Source: a virus (taxonomy: Duplodnaviria; Caudoviricetes). From it: a stretch of DNA of 64,000 nucleotides. Below the pieces are notes generated by a model. That model ran no database searches. It had not been told where the DNA came from and saw only the letters and a list, made by a program, of their open reading frames with translations. The position numbers and the translations under genes were made by a program. This document shows, in pieces, positions 11,501 to 16,909 of the stretch (position 1 is the first letter of the stretch; each line of letters begins with the position of its first letter). The stretch spans positions 32,001-96,000 of the IMG/VR virus record IMGVR_UViG_3300033067_001837, one strand, 5' to 3'.

Positions 11501-14500
11501 TTTCGGGAATAACCTTATCATTTGACGCAGGTGTGGGTTCTTGGAAAGATTCAGCAAACAAATCGTCGTTCGTATTAACCGAAGCATCTTTAGCGTTTTT
11601 ACGAATTTGCTCATAGATCGATTTTATATCTTTTGTTGGGGTTCCTAGTCTCCGAAGTTCTGCTTTCGGGTCAGCTTGTTGCGTACCAAATAACTGCCAA
11701 AAACCAATCTGTGCTTCTGTCAATGCCGCTGCATTCGTTTTCGTCAGCGGATCATACGGACGAATCTCCCAACGCCATTTTCTACCTTCAACTTCTGCGT
11801 TGTAATGACGCACCGGCTGTTGTAGGTGCTCATCCAGTGCCTGCGCCAGTTTTTCCTGGTACTGATTTTCGCGATCCTGTTCAGCGTTTCGTGCTTGAGC
11901 AACCGCTGCATAAATCCGTTTACCACCGCCCCGATTCTTGGGTGCGTAGTCCGTGAGCGCTTGACGCAACGCTGCCAGCATGGCATTGGCATTATATCGG
12001 TTAGTTTCCCCGATCTGGTAAGTGTATTCCAGGCGATTATCGGGATCATTAAAGACCGGGTAATTATCTTGAGAGAGCGCTTCAGCCATTCCGTCCAGAG
12101 AAAGCCCGAACTCGGAAAATACATAGCGCATTTTACCATCGATATTACCCAACAGCAGGTTCTTATTGCCGTTCAGATCAATGTGTTCTTGATTGATAAT
12201 TTCGGAATCCAGACCGCCAAGCTTGCTGATCGCCAGCAGAAGATCGTCGGTTTCTGGATTCGGCGGTTCTACTACGGGAGCAGAGGGCGGACGACTTGCA
12301 GGAGTCCCTGATCCCACTCCGCTACTGGGCGGTGGATTAGGTTGTCCACTTGCTCCGGTGTCAGGTTTTCCAGTTGCCCCTGGAGTTGCAGGAGCAGCAG
12401 CAGGGCGCGGCGTTGAACTGGGTTGAGTTCTGGCAGGGTTGAGCTTGGCGGCTCCATCTTCATTCGCATAAACTCCTAAAATTTCGTAGCGTTCACCGAC
12501 TGGTAAAATTACCAGTGGCGTAATGGTTTGAATGTCTTGATAGATTCGATGCGCTTCACCCATTGCCATATCATTCGGCAACTCTTTATGTCCCCACCAG
12601 GGCGCATCGGTATAGATGATATGGTTGCCTGCCGCTTTGGCGCGAGCTAAAGCATCCCGAACTTGCCGATAGGTTTCAATCGGAACCAAATCTTGACCAT
12701 TATAGCTATTCGTACCATAGTACGGTGGATCATAAATCGCAAGAACATGAGCGCCAGTTTGTTGAGTTACCTGAAAACTATCTCCAGTATGTACAATAAT
12801 TTTGAAGTTAGGCCGGGTTTTCTTAATTTGTTCGATATTGTTTTGTATGCCATTAATATTATTAGAAATTACCCTAACAGCATTATCGTACAGTATATTG
12901 ACTTTAGCTGAATAATCTTCACCGGCTTGTATTCTATTCGGTGTCTGTTTATTACCTTGGTCAATTATCGCCTGTAAAACCGCTCGCAATTCATCTTGTG
13001 AAGCAGGAATGGAATCTAAAATGCCACTCAAATTGCGCGCTAAAGTTGCTTGTGAAAGTAAGCGAACACTGCCTTTTTCGTCACGTCCAGCCGCTTGGCT
13101 CTTAACCGCCATATCATTCAGTAATTGAGTAACTTGCGGTTCTGTGTTGCGGATATGACCCGCAATTTCAATAAATCGATCTGCGGTGATGCGGTTTTGG
13201 TTAACACTACCGTCAGGGTTAACACCCGCAAACATTTGAATTTTTTTGGAGCGATCTTCATTTAATTCATATAAATGAATCTCTTGGGTATTGATCGCAA
13301 CGCGAGCGGCAACCGCTAATCCCCATCCGCCACTGCCGCCGAAATAATCATGAATCGTGGTAATCGACGGAATTACGCCACGTAATTGATACCGAAAATA
13401 AGGAAATGCGACTTGCGCAACCTTCCGCTTCCCACCTTGGAAAGTCGGAATACCGTTTGCTGCGCTCAAGTCATCTTTAACAAGATTACCCTTTGTCGCT
13501 TCCTTGAGTTGCGGGTTTTGTTGTTCAAATTCTTGTACCACCTCATGCATCCAGGGTGGTGTCATTGATTTAGGTGAAGCGCCTTTACCGTCTTCCGTAG
13601 GAATAATGAGTTCGTAATTCGACAGACGATCTTTGGCGGTTTTCGGAACTTCTATTTTCGCATCTTTTGTGGGAGACGTTGTTGGGGTTTCTGCTGCCGA
13701 CGCTGTGGGCGTTGCAGTAGAACTAGCCGCTTTTTGTGCAGATGGTGTTACTGTCTTCTTTCCCTGCTTCTTGGCAGTCTCTACCGTCTGAGTATGCAGC
13801 GATTCAGTGAGTTCCGGCTCACCAACGATCCGCGCAATCCGGTTCCAGATCGGCAAGCTATGTTCCCACGGCAAGAACGGATGAGTCGCGTGAGCCGTGT
13901 GAATTTGTACCGGCGTCATCACCTGCGGGTGAATGGGGGCGGGAGCGACTTTGGGAGCAGCAGGCGGTGTCCGAGCGGCAGTGATTTGCGCAACTCGCTG
14001 TGCGGACACTTGAGCAGCGCGACGAAGTAGGCCCAGAGTGCGACTGGCACCGCTGGTGTCCAGGGTCGTAGTTTTCCCGGTCAATGGATTAGTGAGCGTA
14101 GAAACAGCCGGGGCTGGAGCAATCGACGGAGCGTTTGCATCATTCAGGCCGGAGAGCGCCTGTTGCTGGCTTTGCGGATTAACGGGTTGCCCACTATTGG
14201 GCGTTGCCATCAGTGGGGCATTGGCGGCGTTCAAACCAGACAACGCCTGTTGCCGATTCTCCAGAGCAGCAATTTCTGTATCAATATTCTGCTGGTCAGC
14301 CGCTGTTGGGGCCGACATCTGTAAGCCCTGTAAGGTTGCTAGACGCCCTTCTTCCTGCTGCGCCTGGCTCTGTAAACCGGCTTGCTGACCGATTTGTTGA
14401 GTCGCCAAGAAGTCCTGTTCACGTTGATTGCGCTGTGTAATGATGGTCTGCATCGCCCGCTGTACCACCGCTTTTTCCTGCGGGGTCGTGGGCTTAATCT

Positions 14501-16847
14501 GTTGCCAGATGGACAGTTGCGCATCTTCTTCGGTGCGTAGGGCTTTTTCTTCCGGGGTACTCACAAACGTCTGGAGACGTTGCTCTATGGTCGAGGGTGT
14601 GGGTGTAAACGATGGAGCGGTTTCGGTAGGCGTCTTAGGGGTGACAATCAGTGAGTCCAGCGGCTTTGTAGGCTTGCCGTTGATACTGTCCTGCAACTGT
14701 AAAAGCTGTCCATAAGCTTTCGCTTTACGCTGACGCAGTGGTTCAATATCGGGAGCAGACAATCCACGCAGTTGCGTTGATTCATTAATCTGTTGGTCAA
14801 TCTCAGCAATCTCGTTATTTAACAACGATCGCTGTTTCTCAACAACAGTTTCGTTGAGGGCGTCTAGATAGGAAATCGGAGTGTCAGTGCGGGCAGCTTG
14901 GCGAGCAGTCGCGGCTTGCGCTAAGGTTTCAGGGGCTTCTCCGATGACCTGAGCGTGTTTTCTCGTTGCTGTAACCTCATCGTCTAGCGTATCCAGACGA
15001 CGATCAAAGCGATCTTGCCATTCGGGAGTTTGGGCGTCAATCGCCTCGGGCGTGAGCGGTTGGCGAAGCGCGTCAAATTGGATGGGGTCGAGGGTCTGAA
15101 TGTCATTGAGACTAGGGAGGCCACCGACAGAAGTATTGCGGGCGGCTTCGGCTTGCTGTGTAGCCTGCTGCTTCGCTTGTTCTTGAGTACGAACTTCATC
15201 AGCGATACGCTGCTGCTCGGTCATTAAGTCGCGATTCACACCAAAAGCAGCGCCACCTTGTTCCAAGACGGGCCTGAGCTTCTGGAGACCTTGCAGATCA
15301 ATATCGCCGGTTGCAGCCCCTTCGCGGTCTACCCATCCAGTTAATCCTGGACTGTCATTACCCAAAAAACTGAGAATCCCGGCTTGCTGTTTTGGCTCCA
15401 TCGACTGCCAAAGCTCGCCCAGAACCTTTTGTCGCTCTGCTTGAATATCAGGTGATTCTTCCTTGCGGGACGTGATTTCAGCGTTGATATTCCCGATAGC
15501 ATTCGCCAAGTTTTCATTCTTGGTTTTCTTCTGTAACCACTGGCCGAGTACCGCCAGGTTATCCAGTGATTGTTCCGGCATCGCCGACAGGACGTTCGGG
15601 TCTTCGGCTAACCCCACCAGAGTTTCAGCATCACGCGGATTTTGTACGAATCGTTCGTGGATTTTTGAACCTGTCTTGACAGCACCGCCCACCAAGCCAA
15701 ACATACCTAACAGCGCCAGAGTCGGCGGCGCAACCTTCTTAAACGCCTCAACAGCGCCACTGAGACCCTGATAAGCAGGTAACGCGGAATCTATCGGCTG
15801 TCCTGCCAGGTACGCATCAATCTTGGCTTGGTTGTTTCCTTGGTTATATTCAGTAACGGTTTCGGTGGCTAACTCACCACCAACTGCTGTACCTGCGGCT
15901 GCTGCACGAATTCCTGCCTTCTTAAAAGCGTTTCCGGTGATTTTGGAAAGTGCAGACTTACCGAGTAATTTCAGGGCGATACCACCACCCACCATCGTCA
16001 GAGCATTACCTACTGCCTCGGGGCCGGCCTCCCATAAAGCGGAGTTTTCGGCAATCGGCAGCATATCGGCATAGAGTTTTGCCTTTTCTTCTTCATTCAA
16101 ACTACGCTGCTGTTTCTTTTGAGATTCCGCCTCAGCAGTTTGAAAAATATCATTCAAAACTTGGTTGCCCATCATGCGGAAAGCCGCAGTACCGGACGCA
16201 CCCATACTTGCTGCGATACCACCCACAATACCGGAACCCGGAATCGGAACCGCCGCTTGAGTTAATGCGCCACCGGCCAAGGCAGCCGGAATTGCAGCAC
16301 CCATCGAAACGCCGCTAAATCCGATACTGGGGATCGCTTCTCGAATTGACTCGCTAGTGGAATCCGTATTACCCGCAGCAATCTGCTGTTGAATAGCCTC
16401 GTTGTTCTTTTGTTCAAGTTCTTTTTGCGCAGCAAACGCAGCTACCGCTTCGGGTGAATACTCATCCGGGCGTTTCAGCCCTTCCTTCATCTGGTAATAG
16501 GCACTCGGTAACGTGGTGCCCAAGCTCTTTCCGGCATCCCATAGGGCGCTGGCGGTATTGCTGAGATCGAATAAAGGTTTATCTTCTTGAGATACTGCGG
16601 TCTGTACAGGCGGCAAACTCGCCGCGTACTCTTCCGGGGTCTTACCTGTAGGCGTCCCGTACTGACTCAATCCTTGCCGAACGCCAGGGGTTCCTGAATA
16701 GGTCGGTAGGTCTTGTAGCGCCGATAATCCCACACCGGACAAGCCTTGTTGATAAGCTTGCATCAGCGGATTTTCCGGGAGTGCCGGAGTTATGGTGGAC
16801 GGAACCTCGGTGGGGAGAGCAGATTCGTCGTCATACCAATTAGCCAT
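1..16847 (-). CDS. Giant polyvalent / DarB-like virion (ejection) protein, at least 5,615 aa, 3' end outside the window
   Basis: ATG at 16847 after AAGGGTG (MANWYDDESALPTEVP...). Hand translation stays in one frame to the left edge (...AIAFTQGDYSN). The ORF track shows no long ORF ending in this frame, which fits an absence of internal stops. Motifs seen: FQGGKRK/DYFGGSGG/DPPY; SDPGSGKT/DEAH/SATP/GGTGLSLHD/EQVSGRIAR; HEMIH, HEVVGH, HELQH; ETGWFKGFDNRWRFEIDD; PYVPLTRYG. Confidence 0.93.
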   Translation of the reverse strand, partial: MANWYDDESALPTEVPSTITPALPENPLMQAYQQGLSGVGLSALQDLPTYSGTPGVRQGLSQYGTPTGKTPEEYAASLPPVQTAVSQEDKPLFDLSNTASALWDAGKSLGTTLPSAYYQMKEGLKRPDEYSPEAVAAFAAQKELEQKNNEAIQQQIAAGNTDSTSESIREAIPSIGFSGVSMGAAIPAALAGGALTQAAVPIPGSGIVGGIAASMGASGTAAFRMMGNQVLNDIFQTAEAESQKKQQRSLNEEEKAKLYADMLPIAENSALWEAGPEAVGNALTMVGGGIALKLLGKSALSKITGNAFKKAGIRAAAAGTAVGGELATETVTEYNQGNNQAKIDAYLAGQPIDSALPAYQGLSGAVEAFKKVAPPTLALLGMFGLVGGAVKTGSKIHERFVQNPRDAETLVGLAEDPNVLSAMPEQSLDNLAVLGQWLQKKTKNENLANAIGNINAEITSRKEESPDIQAERQKVLGELWQSMEPKQQAGILSFLGNDSPGLTGWVDREGAATGDIDLQGLQKLRPVLEQGGAAFGVNRDLMTEQQRIADEVRTQEQAKQQATQQAEAARNTSVGGLPSLNDIQTLDPIQFDALRQPLTPEAIDAQTPEWQDRFDRRLDTLDDEVTATRKHAQVIGEAPETLAQAATARQAARTDTPISYLDALNETVVEKQRSLLNNEIAEIDQQINESTQLRGLSAPDIEPLRQRKAKAYGQLLQLQDSINGKPTKPLDSLIVTPKTPTETAPSFTPTPSTIEQRLQTFVSTPEEKALRTEEDAQLSIWQQIKPTTPQEKAVVQRAMQTIITQRNQREQDFLATQQIGQQAGLQSQAQQEEGRLATLQGLQMSAPTAADQQNIDTEIAALENRQQALSGLNAANAPLMATPNSGQPVNPQSQQQALSGLNDANAPSIAPAPAVSTLTNPLTGKTTTLDTSGASRTLGLLRRAAQVSAQRVAQITAARTPPAAPKVAPAPIHPQVMTPVQIHTAHATHPFLPWEHSLPIWNRIARIVGEPELTESLHTQTVETAKKQGKKTVTPSAQKAASSTATPTASAAETPTTSPTKDAKIEVPKTAKDRLSNYELIIPTEDGKGASPKSMTPPWMHEVVQEFEQQNPQLKEATKGNLVKDDLSAANGIPTFQGGKRKVAQVAFPYFRYQLRGVIPSITTIHDYFGGSGGWGLAVAARVAINTQEIHLYELNEDRSKKIQMFAGVNPDGSVNQNRITADRFIEIAGHIRNTEPQVTQLLNDMAVKSQAAGRDEKGSVRLLSQATLARNLSGILDSIPASQDELRAVLQAIIDQGNKQTPNRIQAGEDYSAKVNILYDNAVRVISNNINGIQNNIEQIKKTRPNFKIIVHTGDSFQVTQQTGAHVLAIYDPPYYGTNSYNGQDLVPIETYRQVRDALARAKAAGNHIIYTDAPWWGHKELPNDMAMGEAHRIYQDIQTITPLVILPVGERYEILGVYANEDGAAKLNPARTQPSSTPRPAAAPATPGATGKPDTGASGQPNPPPSSGVGSGTPASRPPSAPVVEPPNPETDDLLLAISKLGGLDSEIINQEHIDLNGNKNLLLGNIDGKMRYVFSEFGLSLDGMAEALSQDNYPVFNDPDNRLEYTYQIGETNRYNANAMLAALRQALTDYAPKNRGGGKRIYAAVAQARNAEQDRENQYQEKLAQALDEHLQQPVRHYNAEVEGRKWRWEIRPYDPLTKTNAAALTEAQIGFWQLFGTQQADPKAELRRLGTPTKDIKSIYEQIRKNAKDASVNTNDDLFAESFQEPTPASNDKVIPESDKITLTYYEESIENNESFIAEDLERLKSQLSPAAQDALKYYTLETVTFPDGETLLMAQPPQENAVPDAEADEVLETENLPNADDILNPPPKEAKAPKPTESPKATPKDVAPTLAETDLNAMFDDLLNQEVAKDQDEKQPKPAPTPEPQPTAGQVAASAIRETAKGLSDTLDALAELFGGNGRLSMNPTFDEETYAKAKPLFQSAIAHFKNAAEDIREAMRLVIRALLDRFKDPEMVKRMQPYVVRFIEDMQAETVVPPATKPTSAPATEAVVAPKTVAEILKERGVETTINRQWEWAFSVGDAVLVTLPETNETIPILVNSELAPWNQPRHFDKETGFYFRPRFDKKTYAFGPFKNKTTAFVEAIFHKYLKSDPFSVPIQSQIKKIANRMVTDVEYRQQAIQEGLAYAIAQNLGIPVSRGTIFTETGATGTRRASSNAVLDQLRGRIRTLARGDTGSGDRVSMGTESPRTKDYRSQVSQDTVGLIERGLEFMPRQVVDWQIEDIGKALANYEKKPAFMLSSDPGSGKTFVIGGLIKEILARSPDARVLYFTNSNALIDQVRQQDLPDYGINDPRVDIITYARIQNPRNARVTHYKSHSTIEFGGEDEQRIVVNKDTVLIFDEAHKVKNIIDGSEGANNAGELMRRAKFTFYSSATPFETPSESEYLANSGLFSDYDELAKRENILYKDLPLNGFQIWAIEHGADIQLTKDRKKRNAEPRLTIKWPASPTFIADPKLSQEERLASIRLFEAAQLEFMIEQLEAGQKARQWFVDRNLMSHRPIELGSLPDGREASITHLTPVAIDAEFYEKYYNPIIGVFDAAMADPSEEAAPIKDMIKMQRENTKKRLAEFGKLAPTARMIEQDLQANPANKAVVFLSAKAPLELGTFGIWNDVTDDTGEKRIIAKINAAINGERSDILSAVANEKFKGDKPQAIGALKYLINQIRNKQFTIDDMLELENKWKSTLGAMVEVTKFSPDGMPYQIIENQGLFSAYSRYMAQAFKNADMVTRLESPVKTMMELLEPVFGKGSVAEYTGALTAQKNTTNRESWKQANTGPRILIATMAKGGTGLSLHDTTGNRPSFQYNVAIPYKASEFEQVSGRIARYGLKSQANVHWLFANNMPDDFDFRWAKILQERLNNQQAVVKGAITDTTRRLTADNILGQRAQASRTKATAPGLSKSGFVAAIRERFPHLSGALDKILARGEKGQKGGLVLINSKEVDDIARVFAEKTGRQQDDAIQEIRGNGRLVGIFDPRSGLTFAVLPNLSTEAAPSVLLHEMIHGQQQADVDAAAMKLVKNPAQEKNPALRQFLNRVYARLEAAGATNDPKEYTAYLVEEAVSQGRLADFQVADGKFIEWVAKTISPKIADFLRRLVNTMRGWFIQRGYPINASKLTLEDLVNWAQAGVRKAARGDVQIADQAAISRGDQPNPMFYSGLSKVINDLSQKKAPGPQWASILENLVKKGQVKQEELDWTGTLEWLRGQKTLVPKEDVLAFVRSNEIQVEETEFGIPSNRVKYRVDTGFWEIFDENNNYVDGSYHYDALEKRYPELINEYKLSQNRNTKWTLPGGKNQRELVITNPNIEPYTTDETHYGDIADGRAIAWVRFNDRTDENGKQVLFIEEIQSKRHQEGKDRGYILLTTDTTGWTAIDSNPNAPPENKHNYYVTDAEGRSAGREVHYLAYSPEEAIALAAQDANEIADGVPNAPFKQTITGSGQTLSGWAGLVFKRMLRYATENGYDKVAWTTGEQQSKRYKGGGDKFLKRLYNETIPNEINKYIKKWGTQVGQTKINTVNAIESVHSIDITPDMVASVMQGQPLFSRAAMNAAKKASVTIGGNRVTAYRKVSSPATGAIQAGTFYFLDADAQPDMVENTFTFQPNELLVVPESEVEAFEGLPSEALASKWFPKTDWLKKVAELELPGDPYQAMGVAMDTLVAQEARQRGYRAIQYGTTELQVLESPVKVYQNNGAWVADAPNGQRLYTGTPAADREWVHLKGEQLFKRWQEEHAYDQQPQVTGYRGVMPEGGPSFGATEGHGVYIAKKKGTASFFSLGKTKKIQYRQPLNPLIVNEEVLPILQEDEVIFQPIESTDSAWIRLNKQAALNIGITDETWGQQSDELTAELTQLILDAGYDAVDVTSGGESWVALLKPELMTASGFEPKPIILPSISSDSLPSIIEPTVNSPQPQIVTTALRLLAQDPALFQNPKATSKNLPEVFQQVVPDFTVRELPKSEALEVDAEQAWEIRVPYTDESGVSETRHGYVMRRKQSVWINVSNLKEGGQGSRFYAAVSDYAANNGLVFIGDPMGLTDIAVYRRTENMLASAIKHGTTKHLWPHEKQGIQWKGNDEADFQSLIEKSNQNILENVPDLKAIRYDFENRRFINTDTGRAFGEDLFTTLAESPGARAAQAGSATLKRTAYLLTLSSRSGEGVGESRRLLADVVQQLREGLTGTPVAGMVYSKSNPQTPAPSGVSASGVEKLIDPHRVAWQRAGLTVNVVQSVSDLSTDLQERLNDPRAEGFYDLRSNQIYLIADNLASLDRAREVLSHEVVGHWSSQNLRDSSEFVQVLNALDRLEKVDNREIRSIAAQVDASQPGLSKLDRASEIFAVTVERGLHEKIGLLLAATNKLLHLIKAVLRRFGLAKDFVNSLTMTDVLQFARESQAKLNQGEEATSRWVFSGKKSVVQSYAGVRATTANQPLLQQAKQRVESGEDAETVRKETGWFKGFDNRWRFEIDDSDFSFNADWIQQQPETLNRIQTQLEQIVSHPQLFSDYPQLQGINVNLTINPNIHDAGGSYGRNDQRINIRAHTYEDAKKTLIHELQHAVQAIEGHSPGASSSLYDEDDLFFKKDYEVIERAKREIELLTKQQKKARTNKTKFARLRDSLPRGSQERANAEEKRKAAVKIENNLTLEISKWGPGGLYKRNFGEIEARDTASRLEMTPEERQATPPYRNTMFRDGIADKDVVLQSNFRTALSVNSDIRYSLPTPQSINDDIGQLILDQQPDPFTMEKLWDKGRDWFNRGLGLMTRQQLVELASRKIPALGRTLLPSAEFFENAASLIDGAKSRIKRDMYDGLVPQWQREAGRNRQTAYLFDYILHGSTLHSIDPTKPLPPREIDDTDYTYAERVRWYGVLTQKIVELKKQSPILADMVQRVFENYQSVNDMKYAAMKERVGRAGYGMVRVTMERAKRMADNHADVAEAAQLQQQWATAALKDKTVVEALYRLFKRGERYSPGISFKISDPVGPIDPSAILKAKNTYQTLSNEQKALYQLRRKIDELPHAARMRELMDRDRATYGKLENLIVSSQRRAINVLVDRVSQKSFVPEEHAAMRAELVQLPEDAQMLYRAMNYAFKARQENMMASIQLYAEAARGRQPYVPLTRYGKYEVFAERMIPQINKRTGQPVLDEAGQPKLEKEVAFSKFETIHEQKQARQLLEKAGWTVNTDYQIIRDKIESAPSGTFVGEMYQFIDESVRNPKERDALKQSLYDLYLENLPDLSVRKHLLRRKGIFGYNRDALRAYGRFMNGSANMIARLRYADVLSEQLYQMEREVTGLSAHENDQAKAGAILNELIKSYDWLMNPTNATWANRLTALGFIWHLTNPSTAMVNLSQLPLMTFPELASKFGGGAAFGAIHKAMYDYSSVLNRWRKMGVNPLKPPMALKASRTVPDANGISQNEVKYSTYTDEAEYQQAIKALEAQGYTIDRAISPLEAAGMEILGGEYQGDMGRLMEFLERSGRVSRSATTQLAGLGEDSWQMRDNWQGKASRLWDLTMKTGAFLFHHSEVANREVTAIAAYRLMREQLKDKPREEAHRIAQDYAYKAIAFTQGDYSN
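2640..3460 (-). other. LPD23-like domain followed by a zincin metallopeptidase-like domain within the giant ORF
   Basis: VRKETGWFKGFDNRWRFEIDD followed by TLIHELQHAVQAIEG and GEIEARDTASRL, a pairing typical of phage polyvalent proteins. Confidence 0.75.
4157..4384 (-). CDS. Candidate nested (+1 frame) small gene, 75 aa, inside the giant ORF just after the GNAT-like core
   Basis: AAAGGCG 7 nt upstream of ATG. Helical, E/L-rich product ending WENPEDYWRMLYNSCVKA. Confidence 0.5.
   Translation of the reverse strand: MTSKTEDLSTLTPGERLEKICSQHSLSPQERERRRQGARRLREQLICLPFHQEAEKGWENPEDYWRMLYNSCVKA
8030..10030 (-). other. SF2 helicase/ATPase domain (Strawberry-notch/DarB-like) within the giant ORF
   Basis: Walker A SDPGSGKT (~9916-9939), LIFDEAH (~9627-9647), motif III SSATP, motif V ATMAKGGTGLSLHD, motif VI FEQVSGRIARYG. 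Confidence 0.88.
10031..10279 (-). CDS. Candidate nested (+1 frame) small acidic gene, 82 aa from ATG 10279, inside the giant ORF just before the helicase
   Basis: GAAGGA 7 nt upstream of ATG (MPLPKTSESLSPEELYLLKQEQPELVEQAVMQYL...). The host frame turns into a G/R/T/S-rich linker over much of this interval. Confidence 0.6.
   Translation of the reverse strand: MPLPKTSESLSPEELYLLKQEQPELVEQAVMQYLTSYAEESELSLVEIPDQVIESAWGLNLPVQKIIAAKLARTPLVLSNAD
12272..12463 (-). CDS. Candidate nested (+1 frame) small gene, 63 aa, inside the giant ORF immediately after the methyltransferase domain
   Basis: AGGAG 9 nt upstream of ATG 12463. Product is L/Q/E-rich and helical. The host frame is a P/A/G/T low-complexity linker over the same span. 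Confidence 0.6.
   Translation of the reverse strand: MKMEPPSSTLPELNPVQRRALLLLLQLQGQLENLTPEQVDNLIHRPVAEWDQGLLQVVRPLLP
12480..13460 (-). other. Dam/D12-class N6-adenine DNA methyltransferase domain within the giant ORF
   Basis: Motif X-like FQGGKRKVA (~13420-13443), motif I HDYFGGSGG (~13327-13353) and catalytic IYDPPYY (DPPY 12720-12731), in the order used by Dam-family (alpha-class) enzymes. Confidence 0.85.
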
Positions 16848-16868
16848 ATCAATCACCCTTTAAAAACT

Positions 16869-16891
16869 AAAAAACCCACCGAAGCGGGTTG
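16869..16891 (-). terminator. Intrinsic terminator-like hairpin just upstream of the giant ORF
   Basis: Minus strand reads AACCCGC-TTCG-GTGGGTT followed by a T run. Confidence 0.6.
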
Positions 16892-16909
16892 AATAGAATA
16901 CTGCTTTGT

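Noticed and set aside
14130-14255. Duplicated peptide QQALSGLN(A/D)ANAP in the giant protein
   Set aside because: A local duplication in a linker with no sign of a larger array.
1052-15199. Other +1-frame minus-strand ORFs inside the giant gene (1052-1282, 3245-3502, 4442-4645, 4799-5032, 9644-9829, 11744-12139, 14339-14524, 14984-15199)
   Set aside because: They have mostly S/R-rich shadow composition, no convincing SD was noticed, and most overlap motif-bearing or helical parts of the main frame. The +1 frame is often open by chance, which is also a caveat for the three nested ORFs I kept.
426-16318. Numerous plus-strand ORFs of 60-160 aa in the ORF track
   Set aside because: They are antisense shadows of the giant minus-strand gene, with no motifs and atypical composition.
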